Below, one piece after another: positions 8,900-19,819 of a stretch of 64,000 nt of DNA (position 1 is its first letter; each line of letters starts with the position of its first letter). The notes under the pieces are model-generated. The model made no database searches, had not been told where the DNA came from, and saw nothing but the letters and a program-made list of their open reading frames with translations. The position numbers and the translations under genes are program-made. The stretch lies in IMG/VR virus record IMGVR_UViG_3300008954_003475, positions 62,001 through 126,000 of that record. The stretch is one strand, 5' to 3'.

Positions 8900-11344
8900 C
8901 TATTCACTATCTGCTAAATCTGCCAACAAATCTGTGATGCACTGAATTTTCTTACCAACCTCTTCAGCCGCATCTAAAGGATTTGTCTTTGGCGAAGCAG
9001 CCGGATCATCAGAACATGGAGCTTTGTGCGTTTCTCTTGGCGGCCTGTTTGCCTGCCTTACCTCTATTCCGTTTCCTGCAAGAATAAGCTTTGCCGTACT
9101 CTCTAAGCATAAATTTCCATCATTTCTAATAATCATTGGCGCTCCGGGCTTCATCCCAGCTATAACCAAGCCTGCCTCACTTATGGAAATAATATAATCC
9201 GAAGCATGATTTCCATCTTCGGCCGCCCATCCTTCTTGTCCGCAATATCCTTTATCTGTCATATTTACTCTTAATTCAAACCTGCCTTCGCTAAAGTTAT
9301 CGCCCGTTCTGCCTCCAACATTAAGCAGGAAATCTCCATCGGTCTGAACGACCACGCTTCGACCCTCTGAATCTGTACCAAACCAAGCAACCAAGGCCCC
9401 TGCTGTATCTAAAACGATACTTTTACCGTCTTGATTATCGGCCCCGACAGAGGTCTCTATTGATCCTTCGAAATTTAAATTAGCACTTTTTCCTCCAGAC
9501 TCCTTTCTCGTGCCTTCGCCTTTGTCGGCACTCTCAGTGGCTAGTTCTTCGCTAATAGAGAATGAATTTGTATATGGAACATTGGTTTCTCCCGCGCCGC
9601 CGGAAAAACTTTTGCCAGCAACGAGAACCTCTCCGCCTGGATCCATAGCGGGTGGACCCGGATTAATCTCCACTGTGGACATAAATGTTACATCATTAGC
9701 GTCTGAGCCGTCTGCGTTTGGATCTTTAGACTTTCTCTCAAAGGACTGTCCAAGAGAATTCCCCAAAACAATACCTGGGCATGCAGTTACCGAGGTCGGA
9801 ATATGAACACATTTTATTAAATTTCCAATAAGCATTTCTGCTGCAGCATACATGTTATGATACTTTGTAGAGTTAACACGCACCTTTGTGCCGCCTGATG
9901 AATCAATTATATTTTTTAAATTATGAAAATAACCATCTTCATTCGTATGTCTAACCCCGGTTTGTCTTGTATATTTAACATCCTCCTCTGTATCTGCAAA
10001 CATAGCTTCTCTAGCAGCAGCTGTAGGATATATTTCCGTACCTTCTTCATTGCGCAGCGTAACAGGAATCTTTTCTGAAACACTCTCTGACGATGGCTTG
10101 CTTAAAGTTCCGCCCGAAGTTCTGTAGAATAAGGCATCAGTAGGGTATAAAACATTGCCAGTGTTTGATGACTTTGGAACATTTAATTTTAAAATACCCT
10201 CTTTATCAATTGCACAAATAAAGTTATCATTATCATTTGAGGTTGCTTCAGATAAAGAATTTGTAGATAACTGAAAATGATAACCAATCCCTCTTCTGCT
10301 TATTAATCTAGCAGATTCATAATCTTTATCAGAAACTTCAGACGGAATTAGACCATTATCATCTCCTGTTTTTACAACTCCATAATTTGGATCTAAAACT
10401 TCTCCCCTATGATTTACAACATTACCACCTATAATCTCTATCAATTGATGTGGAGCCAAATGTAATGCATTTCTACTTCCAATGGCCTTTATATCACTCT
10501 CCCTTTCATATATGCTAGGCACAGAAGATGCTCGATTAACGACCTCTTGATCATACCCTATGTACCCTGAATGTTCAGAAAGCTCATTAATAACAAGTCT
10601 ATATTCTGATATTGGAGGATTTCTCATTAACTCATTTGAGGCAATATTAAGAGCCCCACGGCCAGGCCAAATACCTCTAGATTTACCATCCGTATTCTTA
10701 GGATACATCAAAACCTGATGTCCACAGGGAACTGCTGCACTAGCAGAGTTGCTTTGCGGATCAAACCTTATTGCATCACCAGAGACTAAACGACTACCTG
10801 TACTGACGGATTGAATTGTATGCCCAACGGTTGATACTTTTGTTTCAGTTCCGCGCAAACTTATATATAATCCACTTTTTTGATCATTTCCTAAATATAT
10901 ATTATTATCTGTACAAGAGCCTTCCAAAAGTAACTGCCCGCCGCCAAACGCCGCCAACTTCATGTCGTTTGTATTCATGGCCGCTATAGGATAATCCGTA
11001 GTAGCTGTCGGAACAAAATCGCCTGGCTCGACCCCCTGGCGGCCCTTCCAGCCGGGTGCCCGGTCGCTATTCGGCTTTGGGATAACCTTTAAAGCCTGAA
11101 TAGTGCCTCGACTTCCTGGATGCACTCTAATGCAAAGAACTCTATCTCCTTTGTTTGGATGCCTAAATAGCCCCGAATCTCTTACTCCACCATAATAAAG
11201 AGGCGGAATTACAAAGCTGGTCCCAGTATCTTGAGAGCCCTTATGAACCGTAAGCTCTCCAGTCTTTTTGTTAACATCCAAAACAACTGCTTCAAATGGC
11301 CAAAACGATGTTATCTGTCCGGCAATATCTGAATTTCCACTCAC
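8900..11344 (-). CDS. Baseplate central spike (gp5/gpV-like: N-terminal OB fold, C-terminal beta-helix)
   Basis: N-terminal FVIPPLYYGG...LFRHPNKGDRVLCI resembles the gpV/gp5 OB-fold signature. C-terminal short beta-strand repeats (SIVLDTAGALVAWFG..SVVVQTDGDFLLNVGG). Follows the hub gene. Confidence 0.7.
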   Translation of the reverse strand: MSGNSDIAGQITSFWPFEAVVLDVNKKTGELTVHKGSQDTGTSFVIPPLYYGGVRDSGLFRHPNKGDRVLCIRVHPGSRGTIQALKVIPKPNSDRAPGWKGRQGVEPGDFVPTATTDYPIAAMNTNDMKLAAFGGGQLLLEGSCTDNNIYLGNDQKSGLYISLRGTETKVSTVGHTIQSVSTGSRLVSGDAIRFDPQSNSASAAVPCGHQVLMYPKNTDGKSRGIWPGRGALNIASNELMRNPPISEYRLVINELSEHSGYIGYDQEVVNRASSVPSIYERESDIKAIGSRNALHLAPHQLIEIIGGNVVNHRGEVLDPNYGVVKTGDDNGLIPSEVSDKDYESARLISRRGIGYHFQLSTNSLSEATSNDNDNFICAIDKEGILKLNVPKSSNTGNVLYPTDALFYRTSGGTLSKPSSESVSEKIPVTLRNEEGTEIYPTAAAREAMFADTEEDVKYTRQTGVRHTNEDGYFHNLKNIIDSSGGTKVRVNSTKYHNMYAAAEMLIGNLIKCVHIPTSVTACPGIVLGNSLGQSFERKSKDPNADGSDANDVTFMSTVEINPGPPAMDPGGEVLVAGKSFSGGAGETNVPYTNSFSISEELATESADKGEGTRKESGGKSANLNFEGSIETSVGADNQDGKSIVLDTAGALVAWFGTDSEGRSVVVQTDGDFLLNVGGRTGDNFSEGRFELRVNMTDKGYCGQEGWAAEDGNHASDYIISISEAGLVIAGMKPGAPMIIRNDGNLCLESTAKLILAGNGIEVRQANRPPRETHKAPCSDDPAASPKTNPLDAAEEVGKKIQCITDLLADLADSE

Positions 11345-11363
11345 TAAAACTTCTCCTTTAACT

Positions 11364-14300
11364 TTAACTTAATACGCTATTTGGTATGTCTATAATACCA
11401 ACTTCAATAACATTTATTTCACCTGTAAAATTAAACCCACTTATTTCATCTCTGAAGTCTAACCAGCTGTTTTGTTTGGGCCCGCCTTTTGGAAAAATAC
11501 CCAAGGCTTTATTGCTGCTGATATCTCCGGAAAGATCAGAAGTAAATACACCCAATAGCTTTCTATCCATGCATTTTATCTCACCAAGAGGATTCGTATC
11601 ATCCTCTCTTGTAAGATATGATATCTGCTCTATAATCTTTGTAGAATTTATCGGAGTTACTGGCATATTGTTTGGCAACTTCATAGATGTAAGCTCTTTT
11701 GTAGTACCCGTTGATCCGCCACCAAAAAGAGAACCAACACTTGTCATTGCCTGACTTATTCCATCCACAAGGTCATCGCCTCCAGAGTATGCATGATCTT
11801 GAGCTACTTGGCTCGGATTCTCCAAAAGAGATCTGACTATTGCCATCTTTTCGCTAACATTTTGAATCGCCTCTGTATCGTCTGGATCTTTTACGAATCC
11901 TCTAACTAAAACATATCTAGTTCCCATCATTGAGCCTGATAGGTCCATCATCATATTTGTAAATCTTATTTGATTATCTTTATAATCTAACAGCTCTGCC
12001 ATACCAGCGCCTCCAGTTGGAAATACAAGTGTCGAATCTGGCTTCAACACTCTGTAACTATCATCTGTTGATTCCGTTCTATACATCAGAGCAGGATCCT
12101 CAAGGAAGTTGGAAACAAGATCCTGTCCAATAATATCTAGCGGGCTTGGCAAATACTCTCCGGGAGGATGGCCGTAAATTAAAGAAAGGCTTGTCGTAAA
12201 ACTTTGTCCACTATATGAAAAGCTATGGTTAACAGATCTAACATAATAAAGCAATCCCTTTGCCGGAACATACACCGTATCTCCTGGCTGATAAAATTCA
12301 TTTCCAGGTACAGAAATTTCTCCTCTATTTATATTCATTTTTTGTAACAATAATTCTAATATCGCATATGGCCTCGCCTGCCCTTCGGCATCACTTATAA
12401 AAGGAACATTTATTGGACCACCTGACTTATAGCCATACTGTCTCCAAAGATCAAAGTCTGTTGCTCCAGCCCAAAAATACAAGCCATCTGTTCCAGAGTT
12501 TAAATTGGCCCCCATTCCTAGTGGCGCATCACCCTGCACATCCACTCGACAAAAGTCTGGTGGATTTTCTGTAAAGGTAGCAGATAGAATATATTCATCT
12601 TTCAATATATATCTCTTTCCTGATCCATATCCTAAAAAGTTTCTTGTATCATCTTCTATGAGATGATCAAAGACAGAACCCTCATTTGCATCTCCAGTTA
12701 TAATATCAATAGCATTTTGAGTGCTTTCTGCTAAATTCTCAAGAAACTCAACCCCATCTCCAGATATTATTCCATCTGCAACATCTATCTCATCAGAATC
12801 TTCGCCAGACTCAAGAATTCCCGAAATCTCCTCTAACTCTTCTTGTTTTGACAAGTTTGCTTGCAACATAGAAACATAACTATCTCTTTGAGATATAGCT
12901 TTTTTAATTTTATCCAAAATTCCATTGTTTCCTGTAACCACACTGTCAATATCTTCTTCATCCATAAAGAATATTAAATCTTTATTCTTAAAACCTTCTT
13001 TTTTGTCAATGCCTATGCCTTGAGCGGGATCTCTTCCGAATTGCTTCTTAAAAGTATTTCTTATGCCATTTAGGTTGTCAATTGTTGCCAGGTGTTGCGC
13101 TGGAGGCCTTATCGTATTGCCGGTGCCAGAACTGCCTGCTGCTGTCATTATATCGTTAACAATACCAGCCTCTTCTTGAAAGATTGGATCAAAAATACCC
13201 AAAAGAGTCTCTGTGTCTCCAGATAAAATATCTCCATTTTCCTGAAAAGCAGCCGTAACCTTTAGCCCATCTCCGAACAACGAATTATTACTCTCTGTTA
13301 TATCTCCAGCAGTTCCTTCAAACTCTCTCTGCTTAAGCTGCAAGCCTCCAGTTTGTGGAGAGTTGGCTCCAAAGAAATTTGCAATATCCCCAAACACTCC
13401 GCCGGCAACGGGGGCTTGAACTCCAAAGAAATCTAATGAATCTGGACCAGATAGCTGCATATTTGGAATTATCGTATGATCTGGATACCTTCCCATCATA
13501 AGGCATAATAATACAATCTTTACATTCAAAGTGTGTACCGATAAATATAATCCTTCAATTCTTGTTGAAAAAAGATTGGTTATAAACCCTGGCATAATAT
13601 CTCTGCCAGTTTCCTCCTGCGTTCTTATAACTTCCTTTAAAATAGAAAGGGGTGTTCGATTCCAAAGAGGAGGTCTAAACTCTAAATGACCCTGACTGTT
13701 GCAAAAGAATTCCAGGTGCAAATACCTAGCTGCCTCATCACATTTTTGATAAGTATCAACAAAGGTTCCTTTAAATAATGGAAAACTTCCATTATTTAAT
13801 GATAAAATAAATGGTTTAATATCAGCACTATCATACTGATCTGATACAACAAATAAATTCCTATCCCTATTCAGCCTAACATCTTCAATTCTTCTTTGCG
13901 CCCCAATCAGCCTCATTGCTCTATTTATATCATGATTTTCCTCTTCATCATCATCCAGCGGAAGGCCGGAGCTTGGACCAAACAAGCTTATTTCAATGCC
14001 AACATCGTCGGCCGAAGTTAATGCACTATTAAACTGAGTTCCAACCCTTATCTGTTCTTGAATCGCAGCATCAATTGTATCAATTTCAGCCTGCAATGTG
14101 GCAACCAAAGCGGCTGCCGGAATTCCCGTCTGAACCCCGCTTCCAGCGTTTTTTTGAAGACTTCTCATCTTCTTTCTAAGTTTCACCTTTCTCTTTTGCA
14201 AATTTTTAACCTGATTATTAGCCGTAGATCGAACCCCAGCCTGATTAATCATCTGTTCTGCCGCAGAAGAGCTAACTGACGCCATTCTATATGGGTGAAA

Positions 14301-16697
14301 ATTTCCATAATATTCATTTTGCTCTCTTACCGCCTCCACAACACCTGTTAGTGGATCTTCTGGGCTAAAGTTTGTAGAACGATCACTCTTATTGTGCGCC
14401 GCGAGAGATTGCTCTATAAATGTTTCTACATCATATGGCTGCCCAACAATCAAAATGCTTAAAATATTTGGAATATCAAGATTATTTAAAACATCATTTG
14501 TAGCTGTAACAGAATAATTTTGATCAAATTGTGAAGACATCTGGCTCTCTCCGGTTGGATCTACAATTTGAAATCCAGCCGTGGCCGTGATAACTCCGGT
14601 CTTCCACCTGTATACAAAACCATCCGGATGTTGCATTACCTTCTTTCCATCTAAAGAACCAGGTCCATTGTATTGGCTTTGAAGAAGATTTCCCTCTGTA
14701 GCGTTTTGTCCGGCTAATATCCCAGAATCATAGCTAAGCAAGCCTGATGATAATAAATTTTTATTTTCATACAGCAATTCTCTTTCAGAGCCTATAACCT
14801 GTCCTAATTCATCTTTCGCCAATTCAAACGGAGTCAGCGGATCTTCCAAGATTCCCTGAGGATCGGCCATCGCTGGTTTTATAGCAAACCTACTCCACTT
14901 TAGCCAAGACATATTATCTGTGCATGAAACATTCAAAGTCCAATAACCTCCTGAAAAATTTTCAGAAGTATTTGTAATATACCCTCCGAACACATGAATC
15001 ATTCCAAATGAATTATCCTGCATATGCCTTAATTTTTTATAAGTTTCAATATCCATTCTTTGATTTGTATATAATTGATACTCTGCCTTTAAAACTGCAG
15101 TGTCAATTTCCATAAAACCTGTATCAAAAGGTGCTTCGCTAGCCTCCTCTGGGTATAGTGACCCTCCTAATGTATAATCTGTATATGTTCTATTTCCACG
15201 AATATAAAAATGAACAGGATCTGGCGGACTCACAATTGGCTTTCCAAGATAAAAGGTTCTAAGCCTCTCTCTTACATATTCCATGTCTAAAGAAGAATCT
15301 GCAGACCCCGCGCCACCGAGCTCCATAGCGGCAGATACAATGGATGACCCATCTATCGGAGGCATACTTCCGGCCATACCCTCAGATTGCATTCCACCGT
15401 TTACTAATTCATCAAGAATTCCAACCGTTCCATTCAAAGCCTCTTCTATTGCAAGCTCTATATCATCCTCTAAAATGGTTCCAAGCCTATATGGATAAGT
15501 CATTGCGAAACTGGCAGTCCCAGGAGCAGTCTCATAGTTGGTTGAAGTTTGAAAACTATTAAAAATTGTAAGCTCAATGACCCCAGTTCCTGGCCCTATT
15601 ATATAATTGGCCGGATCGTGCGGATCAACTATCCATGTTGTTAATTGATTATCAGTAGAAAATGCATTCCTTTTAAGCACCTTTGCTATATCTTCATTCA
15701 TAGCACTATATTGCTCAACAGAAGATCCATAAGCAAAGGCATCCCCTATATCGCTAAACATGGTGTCCCAACTAAAGCTGAGATCTGCATCTGCATCTGC
15801 TCCACTTATAGCGGAAGCGTGACCATCTACACCTTCGTATTCATTTTTAAACTCTTCTTTTTTGCCTTCAAGAATCAACTTTGCAGTAGAGGCTGGCAGT
15901 GTATCTAAATAAGTTCTATTTGTATCTAAAGTAACACTCAAATAAGCTTCAATCTCTTCTCCTCTTTCATCAGTCAATAAGTTTCCATCCTCATCTCTAA
16001 GAAAAAGATCAGTAGTTGGCGCAGCGTCTGAACCTGGAGGGGCTACCGAAGATCTAGACTCAGCCAGTTGTTCATCACTTGCGTATATATACTGACCAGT
16101 GGCTGTATCATAGTATGCAGAGCCACCTTCGAGGCCCAAATTGTCCCCCCTAAGCTCAGAAAGCCACTCCTCAAGTCTTTTTGCAACATATTCTTCAGAA
16201 GTATATCCAAGTTTGTTTATATCGAATAAAGCTCCTTCGTTTATAAAAGAAGACAGCAAGTTCATACTGTACATCTTATTATCAGAAAGAAAATTTTCAA
16301 ACTTTGTTAAGCTCTCATATGCTCTTATCTGCTGAACTTTATAAGCAAACAATGCCTTAGTTGCTCTTAAAAGCATTTTTTCAGTTTTGTCCATAAACCT
16401 TAAATCATTAGCGCTTTTTAATGAAGAAAATGGCTTTTTCTTTATTAAAATTGTTGCCTCAGGAGACATCGCCAACAAGTTTCTGGTATCAGGAGTTACA
16501 GAGTTTGCATGATTTTGGTCTAAGAATATAGAAGCACCCGTGCCAACAAGCGAAGGCGGCGGGTTCTCTATAGATCCATAATCAACATGTATAGGGACTG
16601 CTCCCTGAGATATCTTTGTTCTTGCCTCATTCAAAACCTCTTTGATGCGAACATCCAACTCTGGAGTTAAACTCGGACTGGGCGCACTACCTGCCAT
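11364..16697 (-). CDS. Baseplate hub protein (gp27/gpD/Mu gp44-like), enlarged, 1777 aa
   Basis: C-terminal RGEISVPGNEFYQPGDTVYV..LLYYVRSVNHSFSY.GQSFTTSLSL is the typical hub fold end. Also FFCNSQGHLEFRPP. Lies between the tube initiator and the spike. Confidence 0.75.
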   Translation of the reverse strand: MAGSAPSPSLTPELDVRIKEVLNEARTKISQGAVPIHVDYGSIENPPPSLVGTGASIFLDQNHANSVTPDTRNLLAMSPEATILIKKKPFSSLKSANDLRFMDKTEKMLLRATKALFAYKVQQIRAYESLTKFENFLSDNKMYSMNLLSSFINEGALFDINKLGYTSEEYVAKRLEEWLSELRGDNLGLEGGSAYYDTATGQYIYASDEQLAESRSSVAPPGSDAAPTTDLFLRDEDGNLLTDERGEEIEAYLSVTLDTNRTYLDTLPASTAKLILEGKKEEFKNEYEGVDGHASAISGADADADLSFSWDTMFSDIGDAFAYGSSVEQYSAMNEDIAKVLKRNAFSTDNQLTTWIVDPHDPANYIIGPGTGVIELTIFNSFQTSTNYETAPGTASFAMTYPYRLGTILEDDIELAIEEALNGTVGILDELVNGGMQSEGMAGSMPPIDGSSIVSAAMELGGAGSADSSLDMEYVRERLRTFYLGKPIVSPPDPVHFYIRGNRTYTDYTLGGSLYPEEASEAPFDTGFMEIDTAVLKAEYQLYTNQRMDIETYKKLRHMQDNSFGMIHVFGGYITNTSENFSGGYWTLNVSCTDNMSWLKWSRFAIKPAMADPQGILEDPLTPFELAKDELGQVIGSERELLYENKNLLSSGLLSYDSGILAGQNATEGNLLQSQYNGPGSLDGKKVMQHPDGFVYRWKTGVITATAGFQIVDPTGESQMSSQFDQNYSVTATNDVLNNLDIPNILSILIVGQPYDVETFIEQSLAAHNKSDRSTNFSPEDPLTGVVEAVREQNEYYGNFHPYRMASVSSSAAEQMINQAGVRSTANNQVKNLQKRKVKLRKKMRSLQKNAGSGVQTGIPAAALVATLQAEIDTIDAAIQEQIRVGTQFNSALTSADDVGIEISLFGPSSGLPLDDDEEENHDINRAMRLIGAQRRIEDVRLNRDRNLFVVSDQYDSADIKPFILSLNNGSFPLFKGTFVDTYQKCDEAARYLHLEFFCNSQGHLEFRPPLWNRTPLSILKEVIRTQEETGRDIMPGFITNLFSTRIEGLYLSVHTLNVKIVLLCLMMGRYPDHTIIPNMQLSGPDSLDFFGVQAPVAGGVFGDIANFFGANSPQTGGLQLKQREFEGTAGDITESNNSLFGDGLKVTAAFQENGDILSGDTETLLGIFDPIFQEEAGIVNDIMTAAGSSGTGNTIRPPAQHLATIDNLNGIRNTFKKQFGRDPAQGIGIDKKEGFKNKDLIFFMDEEDIDSVVTGNNGILDKIKKAISQRDSYVSMLQANLSKQEELEEISGILESGEDSDEIDVADGIISGDGVEFLENLAESTQNAIDIITGDANEGSVFDHLIEDDTRNFLGYGSGKRYILKDEYILSATFTENPPDFCRVDVQGDAPLGMGANLNSGTDGLYFWAGATDFDLWRQYGYKSGGPINVPFISDAEGQARPYAILELLLQKMNINRGEISVPGNEFYQPGDTVYVPAKGLLYYVRSVNHSFSYSGQSFTTSLSLIYGHPPGEYLPSPLDIIGQDLVSNFLEDPALMYRTESTDDSYRVLKPDSTLVFPTGGAGMAELLDYKDNQIRFTNMMMDLSGSMMGTRYVLVRGFVKDPDDTEAIQNVSEKMAIVRSLLENPSQVAQDHAYSGGDDLVDGISQAMTSVGSLFGGGSTGTTKELTSMKLPNNMPVTPINSTKIIEQISYLTREDDTNPLGEIKCMDRKLLGVFTSDLSGDISSNKALGIFPKGGPKQNSWLDFRDEISGFNFTGEINVIEVGIIDIPNSVLS

Positions 16698-16705
16698 ATA
16701 TCACC

Positions 16706-17731
16706 TCAACTACCACTTTTGATAGAACTCTTTCTGTTTGGATTAACAGAGTTCGGCTCTACTTGTTTATTGTCATCATCTTTAAATGTAGACTTTGTAG
16801 GGTTATTATTTAAAGAGTAATTATCATATAACTCTGGTGCTGTAGGCACAGTCGTTGAAGAGCTTGCGAATGATAAATTATCAGAGCCTGGAGTGTGCCC
16901 CTTATCAACTGTGGTGCCTTGAGCCATCATCGCTTCTCCGTCATATGACAACGGCTCCCTATGCCATGGCATAAAGTTTTCCCTTCGGCCCGTTCTTCTT
17001 AATACTGTAAATGTAAATTGATAAGTAAAATGACCAGGCTCTTGAGCAGATTCTGTTGTACTAAAGTTTTCAAAATAACCTCTGTAAAACTCTCCCTGAT
17101 AATACATGTCTACATTTGTAGCAAAAGCTGCCAAACTTGGAACGCTCGTAAACTGCTCATAACTAGCCGCAGTTCCACTTCCGGTAAATGGAGCAGATAT
17201 TATATCTATAGCATTACTAACTCCAGAAACAGTGTCTGAAAAAGCCCCGCCCGTAAGAACATCTGCAACATTTGTTAGTGTTATTCCGGAAGAGCTGCTT
17301 TCTGCCAAAAGAGCTGCAGCTTCTTGCGCTGCAATTTGAGCTTCGAGCGCCAAGGCCTCTTGCCTCTTTCTTAAAACATCTCTATACTGTATTTGCTCAT
17401 GCCTATAAATATCTCTCAAAACATTTATTCCCTCTATACCCGAAGAGCCCGTTGTGCCCCCAACCTCAATCTTGGTCAAAGCCTCTCCCCAGTACTGAGT
17501 AACGAAGCCACCCTTTGTAAGATCAGACTTAATCAGTTTATTATCTCGAACATTAAAGCTCTGAGGGTTTATATACAACTGCCTTCTTGCCCATAAAGGA
17601 TCTCCGTCATCATTGTAAACCGTACCAGTTTGATTAGATCCAGATGCAGAATATGGATTTACACCGCCTGTAATAGCCTCCAATGATAAAGGAAGAAAGA
17701 AAATTATAGTTTGTCTTGTTATATCACCCAT
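16706..17731 (-). CDS. Tail tube initiator / baseplate organisation protein (gp48/gp54-like)
   Basis: LYINPQSFNVRDNKLIKSDLTKGGFVTQYWGE.LTKIEVGGTTG and YRGYFENFSTTESAQEPGHFTYQFTFTV are tube-fold motifs. Immediately follows the tape measure gene. Confidence 0.7.
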   Translation of the reverse strand: MGDITRQTIIFFLPLSLEAITGGVNPYSASGSNQTGTVYNDDGDPLWARRQLYINPQSFNVRDNKLIKSDLTKGGFVTQYWGEALTKIEVGGTTGSSGIEGINVLRDIYRHEQIQYRDVLRKRQEALALEAQIAAQEAAALLAESSSSGITLTNVADVLTGGAFSDTVSGVSNAIDIISAPFTGSGTAASYEQFTSVPSLAAFATNVDMYYQGEFYRGYFENFSTTESAQEPGHFTYQFTFTVLRRTGRRENFMPWHREPLSYDGEAMMAQGTTVDKGHTPGSDNLSFASSSTTVPTAPELYDNYSLNNNPTKSTFKDDDNKQVEPNSVNPNRKSSIKSGS

Positions 17732-17740
17732 GTTTTATCC

Positions 17741-19813
17741 TTAGTCTGTACTCGCGCCCGCACGATTTCTAGTTCCCTGTCCAAGTTCATTACTTATTGT
17801 GGCTGCTGCATTTAATACCGATCCAGCCCTATCTGTCAAATCAATCTCTATAGAAAGCTTAGCAGCAAAAGCATCCGCTATTGCTACAGCCATGGCGTCT
17901 GCCAAGTCCCTCCTACTTGAAAACCCGGCCTGCTCCAAAGCCGATGTTGATGCCTCAGACGCCGCAAGCATAGATGCTCTCTCTATATTGGCAGGTAATT
18001 CATTCATATTTAAATTAAAATTATCAAGATTACCGCTCAAATTAGTAGCAGCCTCAACGATGCCGGCATTATCGGCCGGGCCCTCCATTGTCGCGGCTCG
18101 CGTTAACGTTCCAACATCCCCTCGGGTAGCGCGAGGAGCATTGGCCCCGCCTCCTGGTGCAGATAAAATTTGACTTATAGAGCTATCTCCCTCCAGGCCA
18201 AGACTGTCTAATGCGCTAAGCAGACTATCCTGAAGGCCGCCTGATCCGGCGGCTCCTATTCTTCCCCGAATAGCCTCTCCACCCGCCTGAATACCTCCCG
18301 TTAACTTTCTTCTGCCTGCCGCAGCCACGCCTCTCATTCCTTCCAAAGCCGGTCTTGCCAAAACTGCTAACAAATTAGATTGAATTGCAAGCTGTTGATT
18401 TGCCTTTTCCCATTCATCAAGGGTTTTATCTCTTCCTTCCATCTCATTCTTTAATTGTTTTTCTAATTCTGCCTTGGTATCCACATCTCCAGATCTAGTT
18501 GCATCATCTAATCTTGAAAGCATGTCCAAAACACGAGTTGCTGACTTATCATCACCAACTCCAAATTGATTTTTTAACATCTGCTGCTGTATATAAAACT
18601 GATTCTGAAGCTCTGGAGACTCAGCTGCCTGCTGAACAGTTACGATATCTCCCCCTGTAAACGAAGCAAGGGTATCTTTCATCCCCATTGCCAATTGAGC
18701 CCCTATATCTGATTGTTCTCCAGTCTGTTCAGCCTCCAGCATGGCCGCCTGCATTCCGATTGATGCTCCCAGCACTCCTGATCCGCCACCGCCGCCGATA
18801 TCTAATCCACCTCTTTGAAATACAAGATAAGCATTTGCATAATTCGTTGTTAAATCTGCCAATGCACTAGTCAAAGTCCGCGTTAAATCAACAGCATTTT
18901 CAATTCCAAGCCCCATATCTTGCATTGTTCGTCCAAACCCTTCTAATATTGGTCTTCCAAAATCTGCTGACATTCCAAGCTTTTCGAACCCTTGTACTGC
19001 GCTATTCAATGTAGACGCAACAGTTGATGCTCTTAATCCTGTTTCTTTTGCAACTGCACTAAATCCGCCGATCATCTCTGCAGCTTCTTGGGCGCTTTTT
19101 CCCTGCTTGTTCATAGCTGTATTGAAATATTCAGCACCCTCGGATACAGATACGCCCATGGCAGCAGCTTGAGCTGCAGCAACAGCATAGAGCTTTGTTG
19201 ACCCAATTCCCGTATCAACACTTTGATTTAACTGATCTAATGATAAGCTGGTATTTTTAGTCGCCTCAACAAACCCTGTCATGGCATCTTTTGTAAGATA
19301 CATAGATTGTGCAAATTGACTTGCCGTCTCTGTCCTTAAACCATCTGCAAATCTTTCTGCTTCGCCAATTGTGCTTCCAAACTGCTTTCCTAAGTCAAAA
19401 ATGCCTTTATCATATTCTCTTAACGCTCTGGAGGGCCCGTCAAAAGTTTCTGCCAATAACTTAGCAGATTCAACAGCACCTTCTCCAAGCTCGCCAAGAA
19501 TGCTCGTGCCAACCGACATGGCTTGAAACATAGCATTTGCCGCGCTACCAACCCCTGGAATTTTTGAAGCAAGAGTTCCAAGAAAGCTAAGAGATTTAGA
19601 GCCTGCGTCTGTCATGCCGCTGATTGCCTCTGCAGCCTCCTCAAAGGCTGGAGTCATACCGCCGACCTTACTGCCACCAACTGACGAGCCAAGTTCAAAA
19701 ATACTCTTTACAGAACTATTAAACCCCTCTGTAGTATCCTTGGCCTCTTTCGCAGCCTTACGGTACGCCTCGACCTCAGCACGGAGCTGTGCAACCTCAT
19801 CTTGAACGGACAT
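17741..19813 (-). CDS. Tape measure protein (690 aa)
   Basis: Ala/Gly/Ser-rich helical sequence in the canonical position after the tail chaperones and before the tube initiator. Confidence 0.75.
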   Translation of the reverse strand: MSVQDEVAQLRAEVEAYRKAAKEAKDTTEGFNSSVKSIFELGSSVGGSKVGGMTPAFEEAAEAISGMTDAGSKSLSFLGTLASKIPGVGSAANAMFQAMSVGTSILGELGEGAVESAKLLAETFDGPSRALREYDKGIFDLGKQFGSTIGEAERFADGLRTETASQFAQSMYLTKDAMTGFVEATKNTSLSLDQLNQSVDTGIGSTKLYAVAAAQAAAMGVSVSEGAEYFNTAMNKQGKSAQEAAEMIGGFSAVAKETGLRASTVASTLNSAVQGFEKLGMSADFGRPILEGFGRTMQDMGLGIENAVDLTRTLTSALADLTTNYANAYLVFQRGGLDIGGGGGSGVLGASIGMQAAMLEAEQTGEQSDIGAQLAMGMKDTLASFTGGDIVTVQQAAESPELQNQFYIQQQMLKNQFGVGDDKSATRVLDMLSRLDDATRSGDVDTKAELEKQLKNEMEGRDKTLDEWEKANQQLAIQSNLLAVLARPALEGMRGVAAAGRRKLTGGIQAGGEAIRGRIGAAGSGGLQDSLLSALDSLGLEGDSSISQILSAPGGGANAPRATRGDVGTLTRAATMEGPADNAGIVEAATNLSGNLDNFNLNMNELPANIERASMLAASEASTSALEQAGFSSRRDLADAMAVAIADAFAAKLSIEIDLTDRAGSVLNAAATISNELGQGTRNRAGASTD

Positions 19814-19819
19814 TTTGCT

